From IMG/VR virus record IMGVR_UViG_3300017774_004344, positions 1 to 64,000 of that record: a DNA stretch of 64,000 nt. The stretch is one strand, 5' to 3'. Positions within the stretch are counted from its first letter, which is position 1. Each line of letters opens with the position of its first letter. This document shows positions 47,094 to 56,000 of the stretch, in pieces. Source of the DNA: a virus. The notes beneath the pieces are model-generated. The model did not search any database. It had not been told where the DNA came from and worked only from the letters and a program-made list of their open reading frames with translations. A program made the translations under genes and the position numbers.

Positions 47094-47687
47094 TTAATCA
47101 GCGGGAATCAAGCTAAGAAGCATATCAACAAATTCCCCTGGAAGGTGCATCATTCTGGCTGCAGCAGCGAAGTTCCGGATGATGGCAGGATCGGTCTGCA
47201 CAGAGTTAAACACAGATGACAAGGAAGCGTAGAAGGGGCGAGAATCCGCACCGTGAATAACCTCGTTCAATTCAGTTTGGAGTCCTAAGGCATTAACTGG
47301 GTCAGAAACAAGGGCCTGTGTAATGATGCCTTTAAATTCAGGGGAACTTTGGGATAGCAACTTAAAAGCTACCCAGTCAGGTTGCGGAATAGGGCGGTTG
47401 ATAGCATCCCACTCAGCGATTTCCTGTTCGGTTGCATCGCGGGTAATCCAAGTTTGTTCCCATTGACCTTCAAAGTTCTGAACAGGTTCAGATTCGCTGA
47501 TTCGTTGGGTGCGAGGGTCTTCTAGGGCGGGTGGCTCTGTTGGGATAACAAAGAAGCAGTCAAAGGGTTGTAGGTCTTCTTCTGAAGGGGATGCCGGGAA
47601 GGAGATATTGGGATTTTCTAACCGCAATAGCGAAAGACTATACGGGTAGATAAGGTTGGAGCCGGGTTTTGCTAGGGTGTAGTTCAT
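47094..47687 (-). CDS. tail fibre-associated protein
   Basis: YPYSL..LR.ENPNISFP...WEQTW. Confidence 0.55.
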   Translation of the reverse strand: MNYTLAKPGSNLIYPYSLSLLRLENPNISFPASPSEEDLQPFDCFFVIPTEPPALEDPRTQRISESEPVQNFEGQWEQTWITRDATEQEIAEWDAINRPIPQPDWVAFKLLSQSSPEFKGIITQALVSDPVNALGLQTELNEVIHGADSRPFYASLSSVFNSVQTDPAIIRNFAAAARMMHLPGEFVDMLLSLIPAD

Positions 47688-47834
47688 TGGGCCGTATCAG
47701 TTGTTGTGCCTGTTAATTTGATTGCTATGTTAGGGTCTTACCCTTGATTTAAGGCTGGGTCTTCGGCAACCGGGTTGGTGCTAAATTGGTGCTAAATCGA
47801 TGTAAAAGGGCACATCGCCCCATAACCCCCCGGC

Positions 47835-48749
47835 CTAAATAATTGGGTACCGGCAGATCCAAACTCCAGAGCCTCCGGCGCCACCTAAGCTAGCGGTCGG
47901 AACTACACCACCCCAAACTATACCACCACCTCCACCACCTCCCAGCCCATCGGTACCAGCGATACCATTTCCTGCACCAGTTCGGCCGCCGCCGCCCCCA
48001 CCACCGCTGCCACCCGTTGCGGCCGGCGTGCCCCCCTGGGAGCCACCGCCACCTCCACCGCCGTACCGGGTGTTGATGCCTTTAATCGAACTTTCACGAC
48101 CAGCACCGCCGTTGCCACCAAGACTCCCGAAACCATTCCCACCAGCGCCACCAGCACCACCGCCACCGCCGCCACCTCCCTGCCCAGCACCACCGCTCGT
48201 GCCCGCAGTGCCACCAGCAAACCCGCCATCATTTCCTATGCCGCCAGCACTACCGGGGCGAAACGCTCCGCCACCGTTGCCACCAGCTCCGCCATTATTC
48301 GGGGCCGCTTGCCCTAAGAATCTTGCTCCACCACCACCGCCTAACGCGGTTATCCCAAGGGCCGAAGAGTTTCCACCAGTTCGCTGAAGAACCGTGTACT
48401 GGCCGTCAGTACCACCAAGACCGCCGCTACCAATGGTAATTGTATAACTTTGTACTGTGACCAGGGAGCTTCCGACCTTGACGCCACCGCCGCCACCAGC
48501 ACCACCCCCGCCGGTTGAGTTATCTCCACCATTACCACCACCACCACCAGCGACGAGCAAGTATTCAACCGTGGCCCCCGCCTCGGCGAATGTAACAACA
48601 AATGACCCAGAAGCCGAAAATGTGTGAACTTTATATTTCACTCTTGAAATGGTGATTATTTCTTCCGTGCCGCCTGTAGCTTCTATTATTTTGATAGGTT
48701 CAGCAGGGGAGTTGAACCCAGCAGCCAGTAAAGAGCGTTGATTGTTCAT
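47835..48749 (-). CDS. glycine-rich virion protein
   Basis: ATGG...HTFSASGSF...YLLVAGGGGG...GGSGVWICRY. Confidence 0.75.
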   Translation of the reverse strand: MNNQRSLLAAGFNSPAEPIKIIEATGGTEEIITISRVKYKVHTFSASGSFVVTFAEAGATVEYLLVAGGGGGNGGDNSTGGGGAGGGGGVKVGSSLVTVQSYTITIGSGGLGGTDGQYTVLQRTGGNSSALGITALGGGGGARFLGQAAPNNGGAGGNGGGAFRPGSAGGIGNDGGFAGGTAGTSGGAGQGGGGGGGGAGGAGGNGFGSLGGNGGAGRESSIKGINTRYGGGGGGGSQGGTPAATGGSGGGGGGGRTGAGNGIAGTDGLGGGGGGGIVWGGVVPTASLGGAGGSGVWICRYPII

Positions 48750-48751
48750 GA

Positions 48752-51700
48752 TTATGCTGTTAGTCTCCCATACAAGTAAGAAACATCAATAACTGTCCCC
48801 CCACCAACAACCGTGATGATTAAAGTCTCAGTTTCATTTGGCGTTGGTATAATTGCCGTATCTCCGTCCCACCTCACCGTGTAGCCAGTGTTACCGGGAA
48901 ACCAATTTATGGCCCCAGATGTATATGCAAACGAGAATACACACCTCCAGACTGTCCCGGTGGGAATACTCGTGAGGTTGGAAAGGTTTACCGTCGTAGC
49001 GCCTGCAATGGCCGCACTCGTTACAAACTCATTCCCTAGAGTTGCATTCAGGGTATAGGTCCCGGCAGATGCCGTAATTGTCGTTCTAATTGAATATTGG
49101 GTACCGTAGGTTACACCCGAAACTGAACCCCCTGTAAAAGAGACATTTGCAGAACCTAGAGTAACCCCGGAGATTGCTCCACCTGTGATGGCTACGTTGT
49201 TAGCGGCCTGCGCTGCCATGGTTCCAGCACCTGATATTGTGCTAAGCGCTTGAGTACCAGTATGGTTAGCGCGATTCAAAAGGAAAGTATCAGTCTGGTT
49301 TGCAGTTGCTCCATCTGCAACACCGTTAAGCTTTAATTTATCAGCTGCACTCATGGTCCCGCGAGCGGAAGTTGTTGCTGCTGCGATAGACAAAGTCCTC
49401 ACATAGCTCCAAATTCCTATCCCGTTTACACTAGCATTGCCGATAACACTTAAAGGCCCACCGAGTTCGGTAGCCACGCTAGTAACATAACGACTACCGG
49501 TGTACTCCTTAACAGCGAACTGAGTTGGTACGGTATTCCCATCGGCAACCCCTGTACTTGCGATTAAGCTTGTGTTATTGCTAACCTCGCGAAGCTGCTC
49601 GCCGACTGTGCTAATACCGCCGTTTCTGCTGAATGGCCCGATGAAATTCAAGCCCGACAAGTTAAACTGATCTGTATTAATTGTAACAGCGCCAGTGGTA
49701 CCGTCTACATTAAAGCTGTTTCCGACTGAAAAGTTTCCAAGTTCATCGGTGTTGCTGCTAAATACTCTACCGTTGTTCGTTTCAATTATGTGGTTGGCAG
49801 GGACGGGTACCCCTCCGTTATATGGTAAGGCATCATAGTTTGTGCCAGAGCCAACATATTCAAAAGTGTGGCTTGGGGCGCTAACTTGGCTTCGGTTTCT
49901 AAAATCAATAACTTGGTTGGCATCGATCGTATTTTTTAGGCCCCCGTTAGTTCCAGAATAGAAGTTAATTCGGTAACCCGCTTGATTAGGTGCGTTAAAC
50001 GGTACAGGATTTCCGTTAATATCAATCGGAACACTACCTGTAATCACGTAGCCCGAAGTTGGGCAAATAAAGTTTAGGCCCTCAACCGTGACGGTTCCAG
50101 AAGACGCCCCAGGCAAAGGGGTTACGGTTGTGATCGTTACGAGCCCAGTGTTTTTAACATAGGTACAATCTGCCACCCCATAGTTAGTTGAACCGATAGT
50201 GGCCGTACCACCTGAAACATATTCGTGTTCTGGGCCAGAAGGAGTTGCCGCAGCTTGATAAGTGAAGGTATTGGCGCCGACTTTTGTATAGGAAAACGCT
50301 GTAGCACCACCACTTGGGAAAGGAAGTTGAGGGAATAGTAAAATACCGGAACTAGGGCGGCTAGAGGAACTACAAGTGAAAAACAGATTCTGCATCGTCA
50401 CTTGTGCGCCCAAGGTAGGAGCATAACCTGCAGCTGTCAGGACCGTGGAGCCAGTCAGGTTGTTGTAAGTACAACTTGTGACTGGATAAGTATTAGCGCC
50501 GATGGTAACAGTTCCGCCACCGATATACTCGTGCCTGATGGAGCTGGTACCTATGGTTACCGTGAAGCTAGACCCTGCGGATGCACCACCTCTAGCTGTG
50601 ATCGTGACGGCATTTCCAGGACTTCCCGCGCCCCCTGCAGTAGGGTATTTGAGTTGTCTCCCTAATCTATTAGCACCCAAGTCTATTACATCAATTTCGG
50701 TGTCCCCCTGGCGAATAACTGTGTAAGTCCCGGTAGCAGTTCCGGAAATATCAACTGGAGGTCCACCTTGGGTCAAAGAAACTCTGAAATCTACCGTAGT
50801 GAAACCACTGGAAATCACAAAGTATTTCGTCCCTGTTACTATGTTATCCGGGAAAGTTCCTTGCGAACAGTTAAAGACAACTTGGTCGTCAATTGAGAGC
50901 CCATGCCCCAAAAGGTCGATGCAAGTTATCAGATCGGTAGAAACATTAAATGTAACACCTTTTTCAATCCTGGACGCACCAAATGCGGACACCCGTGCTT
51001 TTGCGGTGTACAGGGGGGATGGGGAGTAACCATCGGCCATTAATCCGTATGTACCAAAGTCACTAGTACCACCACCAGAAAGGTTAACTTGGCCTCCGCT
51101 TTCAGTACGAACATGGTAGATACAGAAAGTCCCGAAGAACGAAACTAACTGCGCGTAACCATCATTTTTGACAAGGCAACCCGGACCACCGAGGTTAACC
51201 TGCGTGAAGCTGTCCACCACCATTGATCGGATGGGGCTATTTTTAGCACAGGATGCACCATCAACAATGATTCCACCACCTGTATCACCAGTTGACTGGG
51301 AGCCTGCGTTACCGTTGTCGTCTTCTGCAGTCAGGGAGGTACAGTTTTGGATGTAGGGGGATTTGAAAATGTAAGCCCCAGGGCCGACAGCTCCTAGTGC
51401 AGTGTTATCAGCAGTTTCATCAAAGCTGACGGACCAGGCTTGCTTCCCAGTAGAGCTATCTGCTTGATGCCCCGCAAATTCCAGACCCCAACACCAGAAT
51501 CCACTATCTACTTTGAAAATATCATTATATTCTTGACCGGCTACAGGTTGTACCCGTGCGTTACGAAGACCCTTACCCAAAATGCCAACATCACGCTTCC
51601 AACGAATAGGGAGACTCGGTTCAGTATAAAGACCGGGGCCAACTTCAACCAGATCCCCAGGTTGGGCCGCTGCTGCTGCTGCGCCAAGTGTTAGTAACGG

Positions 51701-52360
51701 TTCCCCTAGAGAAGTTCCATTGTTGCTGTCGCTAGCGTAAATACTCTTGGAAACATAAATCCTATTACTATCTCTGAACTTCAGAAGTTGCTGTTGCAGG
51801 GTGGCAATGTTTGTGTTCGCAGTAGATAAACCTGAACTTATAGTTCCTATGTTGGTGCTTAAGAGACTGATTGCCTTTGGGGTGGCTGCCAATGTCTCGG
51901 AAACATCAGTCAAAGATGACGAAAGCTGGACTTGCCCCTTTTGGGTAAGGGATGCGTTCAGATTGAATCTTTGGGGATTCCCGGCAGAATCTGTGAAGAT
52001 AAGGAAGGGGTTACTAGCCGTATTGGTAAGGGATAGGTCTCCCAAATCCCCGGTACCGCCTCCACCTTGGATAGCAATCCAAGCAGACCCGCTCCAAATT
52101 TTGAGTTCTCCATTAACAGTATCATACCACATTTCCCCGATGCAGTTTCCTGCAAATAGCGGTGGCAAGACTCCGGAATTAGGGGGTACAGGGCCAATGT
52201 GACAAGGCCCAACTTTCCGAAGGTTACCGGCTGTGTCAGAGAAATATAAACCTGGCTCAGCAGGATTAATGTTCGCAGCCAGTTGACCCGGTAAAAGAGT
52301 TGCAGGGTTGGCCCGCTTCTTTGCCTCTAGACTCCTTAGGATTTGGATTGTTTGGGGCAT
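48752..52360 (-). CDS. tail fibre/spike protein
   Basis: ASLTQKGQVQLSSS..AATPKA fibre repeat; beta-helix region SPYIQNCTS. Confidence 0.75.
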   Translation of the reverse strand: MPQTIQILRSLEAKKRANPATLLPGQLAANINPAEPGLYFSDTAGNLRKVGPCHIGPVPPNSGVLPPLFAGNCIGEMWYDTVNGELKIWSGSAWIAIQGGGGTGDLGDLSLTNTASNPFLIFTDSAGNPQRFNLNASLTQKGQVQLSSSLTDVSETLAATPKAISLLSTNIGTISSGLSTANTNIATLQQQLLKFRDSNRIYVSKSIYASDSNNGTSLGEPLLTLGAAAAAAQPGDLVEVGPGLYTEPSLPIRWKRDVGILGKGLRNARVQPVAGQEYNDIFKVDSGFWCWGLEFAGHQADSSTGKQAWSVSFDETADNTALGAVGPGAYIFKSPYIQNCTSLTAEDDNGNAGSQSTGDTGGGIIVDGASCAKNSPIRSMVVDSFTQVNLGGPGCLVKNDGYAQLVSFFGTFCIYHVRTESGGQVNLSGGGTSDFGTYGLMADGYSPSPLYTAKARVSAFGASRIEKGVTFNVSTDLITCIDLLGHGLSIDDQVVFNCSQGTFPDNIVTGTKYFVISSGFTTVDFRVSLTQGGPPVDISGTATGTYTVIRQGDTEIDVIDLGANRLGRQLKYPTAGGAGSPGNAVTITARGGASAGSSFTVTIGTSSIRHEYIGGGTVTIGANTYPVTSCTYNNLTGSTVLTAAGYAPTLGAQVTMQNLFFTCSSSSRPSSGILLFPQLPFPSGGATAFSYTKVGANTFTYQAAATPSGPEHEYVSGGTATIGSTNYGVADCTYVKNTGLVTITTVTPLPGASSGTVTVEGLNFICPTSGYVITGSVPIDINGNPVPFNAPNQAGYRINFYSGTNGGLKNTIDANQVIDFRNRSQVSAPSHTFEYVGSGTNYDALPYNGGVPVPANHIIETNNGRVFSSNTDELGNFSVGNSFNVDGTTGAVTINTDQFNLSGLNFIGPFSRNGGISTVGEQLREVSNNTSLIASTGVADGNTVPTQFAVKEYTGSRYVTSVATELGGPLSVIGNASVNGIGIWSYVRTLSIAAATTSARGTMSAADKLKLNGVADGATANQTDTFLLNRANHTGTQALSTISGAGTMAAQAANNVAITGGAISGVTLGSANVSFTGGSVSGVTYGTQYSIRTTITASAGTYTLNATLGNEFVTSAAIAGATTVNLSNLTSIPTGTVWRCVFSFAYTSGAINWFPGNTGYTVRWDGDTAIIPTPNETETLIITVVGGGTVIDVSYLYGRLTA

Positions 52361-52490
52361 GGTGACTTAGAGTTCGTTTTTAGTCCTTATAGTGAGTTAT
52401 ACCCGCCCGTTTAAGGGGGAAGGTGACCAGGTTTAGATAGTTTCACCCTTTCCACAGGGCTGGGAGCTAGTTCGTTTTGCGAAGCAAAAC

Positions 52491-53990
52491 TTAGTTTGTG
52501 TATACGATCCAACCTTTTGCAACTAGGGATAACTTAGCCGTCAAACCAGCACCGCTAGGCGCAGCTGAAGTTCCGTTGTCAAGGTGGACTGTACCGTTGC
52601 TTTGACCGGCAGTGTCAAGAGACACGAGAATGTTGTTAACGCTTGTTTGAGTCAGGGCGCAGTACCCCCATGCGAAGGAGAAGTTAGTTGCGGTGCAAGT
52701 ATCAAACATCCCTGCTGGGAAGGATCTTAGGGCAGTGCAGCCGTCCCAAGCACTCTGAAAGTTAGTTCCGGAGCTTAGATCTAAGGTTCCGGGGAAAGAG
52801 GTTAGACTGCTGCAACGGGTCCAAGCACTCTGAAAGCTAGTTCCAGAGCTTAAGTCAAGGGTTCCCGGGAAGGATCCTAGGAAAGTGCAGACGGACCAAG
52901 CCCCCTCAAAGTTAGTTCCAGAGCTTAAGTCAAGGGTTCCCGGGAAGGATCTTAGGGCAGTGCAGAGGGACCAAGCACTCTGAAAGTTAGTTCCAGAGCT
53001 TAAGTCGAGAAGAGGGAAAGATATAAAGCCATTGGTGCAGTTGGACCAAGCACCCTGAAAGTTAGTTCCAGAGCTTGTGTCAAGTGGGGGTAAAGATGTT
53101 AAGCCGCTTGAATGCCAAGTGAACTGGAAGTTAGTACATGCGCTTGTATCAATACAAGGGAAATCCCCTATTCCTGGGCAGTTGCTCCAAGCATAAGCTA
53201 GGTTAGTAACACCAGCAGTATTCACGTTTGTATTGCAGTTGTATGGTGGGTATGTTACCGGAAGACTGGGGTATGTGGGGGTGCAAGTTATGTATTGAGT
53301 AGAAGTCGCGAAATTGCACCATGCGGACCAACTGGATACAATGGCCGGGGACGACGATGAGCGATATCTGACACGGGCGAAGTAGGTACTATTACCTAGT
53401 AAGGTGGGGGAGGCTATGTTAAAGGAGGTTAGGTTGGAAGTGTTTGCTACTGAGTTTATGACCTGTGTGCCTTTATACAGGGTTTGACCTACGCTCCAAT
53501 CGGGATCACCCGGATTCAGAACCACGGTAGTAGAGTTGATTGAGGAGATTGTTCCTGTAGCAGTATTTATGCCAGAGAGACCATTGGTCACTGTATCCCC
53601 GATAGAGAAACCGTCTAAATTAGCCCCGAGGATTGTTAAGGTGGTTGATAGGCTGAGGGATGATACGCCTGTAATGGTGTTAGAGCTTATTACCAAGGGA
53701 TTGTCCAAAGAAACCTGCCAATCGCTGCTTTGGTGTGACCCAGGGCTGTTAATTCCGGCGTAAGTACTAGATGTCAGGGTCAATCCTGCACTAACATTTA
53801 CATTATCAGCCCCATCTACAGGGAAGGTGATGGAGGGTGTGGTAATGGAGGGCGGATTAGGGACTGGGGGCGTACCGCCAGCCGAGGATGTCCAAACCCC
53901 CTTCGCACTATCCCAAGTATAAACAGCACTGTTAGGGGCGTTATACTGCTGCCCGGGAGTAGGATTGTTCGGGAAATCTAAAATTGGCAT
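52491..53990 (-). CDS. adhesin-like protein with BspA/DUF285-like leucine-rich repeats
   Basis: N-terminal LDFPNNPTPGQ; five LD[LT]SSGT.F..AW..C repeats. Confidence 0.7.
   Translation of the reverse strand: MPILDFPNNPTPGQQYNAPNSAVYTWDSAKGVWTSSAGGTPPVPNPPSITTPSITFPVDGADNVNVSAGLTLTSSTYAGINSPGSHQSSDWQVSLDNPLVISSNTITGVSSLSLSTTLTILGANLDGFSIGDTVTNGLSGINTATGTISSINSTTVVLNPGDPDWSVGQTLYKGTQVINSVANTSNLTSFNIASPTLLGNSTYFARVRYRSSSSPAIVSSWSAWCNFATSTQYITCTPTYPSLPVTYPPYNCNTNVNTAGVTNLAYAWSNCPGIGDFPCIDTSACTNFQFTWHSSGLTSLPPLDTSSGTNFQGAWSNCTNGFISFPLLDLSSGTNFQSAWSLCTALRSFPGTLDLSSGTNFEGAWSVCTFLGSFPGTLDLSSGTSFQSAWTRCSSLTSFPGTLDLSSGTNFQSAWDGCTALRSFPAGMFDTCTATNFSFAWGYCALTQTSVNNILVSLDTAGQSNGTVHLDNGTSAAPSGAGLTAKLSLVAKGWIVYTN
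52715..53090 (-). repeat. about 75-bp tandem coding repeat, five copies
   Basis: Recurrent gaaagttagttccagagcttaagtcaagggttcccgggaaggatc. Confidence 0.85.
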
Positions 53991-54100
53991 TGTTCGTCTT
54001 TGCTTTATAAAGAAGTTTTACCCTTTTCCCTAGTCTAGACTACTGCAGTATTCAACATCGGTGACCCTAATATAACTATCAAATAAGGGCCCACATTATA

Positions 54101-54538
54101 CTATTTCACTTTTGTTTGTATTCCAAGTAACTCCTTAAGTTCCTTGATGGTAAGTCCTACTGCAGATAATTTCTCTAATGGAGTCAATACTGGTGGTGCG
54201 GGGTACTTTTCTAGTACCCAACTCCCTCTCCAGATCAAGCTATCCCCATTGGGAACTTCCGGCGGTGCTTCTTTGGTTGCGTTATCGGGTGCTTCTAGTG
54301 GATTACAGTTTGTTATAATTTGTTGAGTTTCAGTGGAATGATAGATCCCTCTTTGGTCCTCAACAATACTCCAAGAAGTTCCATTAAAGATTTGTATTTG
54401 ATTTGACCCGCAAGCAGGAGGTTGAATGTTGGTTGCATGAGCAGGAATGAGAAATGCTCCAGGTTCTAATGGAGATTCATCTGCATCCGATTCCTGACAA
54501 AAATGCTTATATTCTGGATGGTAGTTGAAGACTTTCAT
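54101..54538 (-). CDS. tail fibre assembly protein
   Basis: ADESPLEPGAFLIPAHAT...WSIVEDQRG. Confidence 0.75.
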   Translation of the reverse strand: MKVFNYHPEYKHFCQESDADESPLEPGAFLIPAHATNIQPPACGSNQIQIFNGTSWSIVEDQRGIYHSTETQQIITNCNPLEAPDNATKEAPPEVPNGDSLIWRGSWVLEKYPAPPVLTPLEKLSAVGLTIKELKELLGIQTKVK

Positions 54539-54543
54539 AATTT

Positions 54544-55089
54544 TCAGTATTTAATGCAAGCAAGAAGTGCTATGTTTCTTGGACGAGTTTCTACACCCCC
54601 TTGGTTTAAAATAGCAAAAGTTACTTCCCCAATGCCACTACCGGAAAAATTAGTACTAACACCAGGATCTATTCTACCGGCCATTTTAGTACCATTACTA
54701 CTATAGGGGTGATTGTGACTCTTAAAGTCGTCTGCCTGAGTTTGGCCAAAAGGTCTTCCGATATCATAAGTTGTTCCATTATCTGACCAGCTACGAATAA
54801 ATTGTCCCCTCAGGTCTGGAAGATTAAAAGAAGCTCCACTTCCACCAAAGGTATAATTAATTACCGCAAATAATGAGGCATAAGTTGCTGTGGATAGTGA
54901 AGCACCATTTGCCTTCAGGTACCCTGCCGGAGCACTAGAAGAGGCATAATAAATGACGGTTCCTGGTGAACCTATTGCTCCTGTAGCCTCGGCGTTCCAA
55001 GCCCCATCCGCAGTGCTCCAAGTGTAGGTAACCCCGTTGGGACCTACATATATTTGCCCATTTGTGGGGCTAGTTGGAAAGTTTAACAT
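54544..55089 (-). CDS. tail collar domain protein
   Basis: PAGYLKANGA...LFAVI...FNLPDLRGQFIR...ETRPRNIALLACIKY. Confidence 0.88.
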   Translation of the reverse strand: MLNFPTSPTNGQIYVGPNGVTYTWSTADGAWNAEATGAIGSPGTVIYYASSSAPAGYLKANGASLSTATYASLFAVINYTFGGSGASFNLPDLRGQFIRSWSDNGTTYDIGRPFGQTQADDFKSHNHPYSSNGTKMAGRIDPGVSTNFSGSGIGEVTFAILNQGGVETRPRNIALLACIKY

Positions 55090-55104
55090 TGGTTCTCTAT
55101 TGTA

Positions 55105-55611
55105 TCAGGGGCTAGGGGGCCAATGGGAATACTCTTCGCTATTGACGTATGTATCTAGGCTTTCAGGAGATTCGCACCCTTGGATGGCGTCGGTTTTTGA
55201 TTCCGCTGCGGTACGAATTGACTCACGCCACGTGATTGTTTCCGGAAGTGCTTCCACACCGGTTTCTGATTGGCGAACAACTACCCAATCAGTCGGTTGT
55301 AACAGGGAATAGGCTTTGGAACTTACTGCCTGTTCGTAGGTTGTTTTACTATCGGTCAGGGGCAAAAGTTGAACGGCGTATGCCAGGGTAGCATCGTTGC
55401 CTTCGATAACAAAACTTGACTCCAAAGTGTAAATCAGGGGGTTGAAAGCTGGGGGTTGACTGTTAGTGAACTTGTAGAAACCGGCAGCCGCTAGTTGCCC
55501 AGGGGTGCTTACGCTAGGGTCAATGCCCCCGTAATAAGCGACCCAGTTTTTGTCCACAACTTTTGAGTCGTTTTCCCCTGCGTTAGAGTTGTAAAAGTAA
55601 AGTAAAGCCAT
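55105..55611 (-). CDS. tail fibre-associated protein
   Basis: LLQPTDWVVVRQSETG...WRESIR. Confidence 0.6.
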   Translation of the reverse strand: MALLYFYNSNAGENDSKVVDKNWVAYYGGIDPSVSTPGQLAAAGFYKFTNSQPPAFNPLIYTLESSFVIEGNDATLAYAVQLLPLTDSKTTYEQAVSSKAYSLLQPTDWVVVRQSETGVEALPETITWRESIRTAAESKTDAIQGCESPESLDTYVNSEEYSHWPPSP

Positions 55612-55621
55612 TGTTTTCTAT

Positions 55622-55972
55622 TCAGAGGGGAACTTCATACCCGGACACTGTGCAAGATGTCGTCGCGCCTGTGTTAGCAGTGCCAGTGCCAGTGCAAACC
55701 ACTGAAACGACATCTCCCGGGTTTAACATCACAGATACTGAACGTGAAGCCCCCATGGCCTCCACGGCGGCGGAAACACTTATAAACTCCAATGATAGTA
55801 CAACATTCGAGTTAACTTTCAGATACGCGAATAAGTTCATGGGGTTGTTTAAGTTTCCCATAGCACCGGTAATATGAACAACAGCATGAGATATGCCGTT
55901 TGGAACAGTGTATACAGTAACTGCTGGGTTGCCAAAGGTAGCGGTAGCTGCCCCTAATAATCCAATTGCCAT
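55622..55972 (-). CDS. small virion structural protein
   Basis: TVYTVP...MLNPGDVV...VSGYE. Confidence 0.55.
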   Translation of the reverse strand: MAIGLLGAATATFGNPAVTVYTVPNGISHAVVHITGAMGNLNNPMNLFAYLKVNSNVVLSLEFISVSAAVEAMGASRSVSVMLNPGDVVSVVCTGTGTANTGATTSCTVSGYEVPL

Positions 55973-56000
55973 AATAAAATCTCCTTAGTAAATGTGAAAA

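Noticed and set aside
48028-48387. Plus-strand poly-Pro ORF
   Set aside because: Antisense of the glycine-rich gene.
52715-53090. Possible CRISPR array or DGR
   Set aside because: The repeats are in-frame coding units with no unique spacers; no cas or reverse transcriptase gene is in the window.
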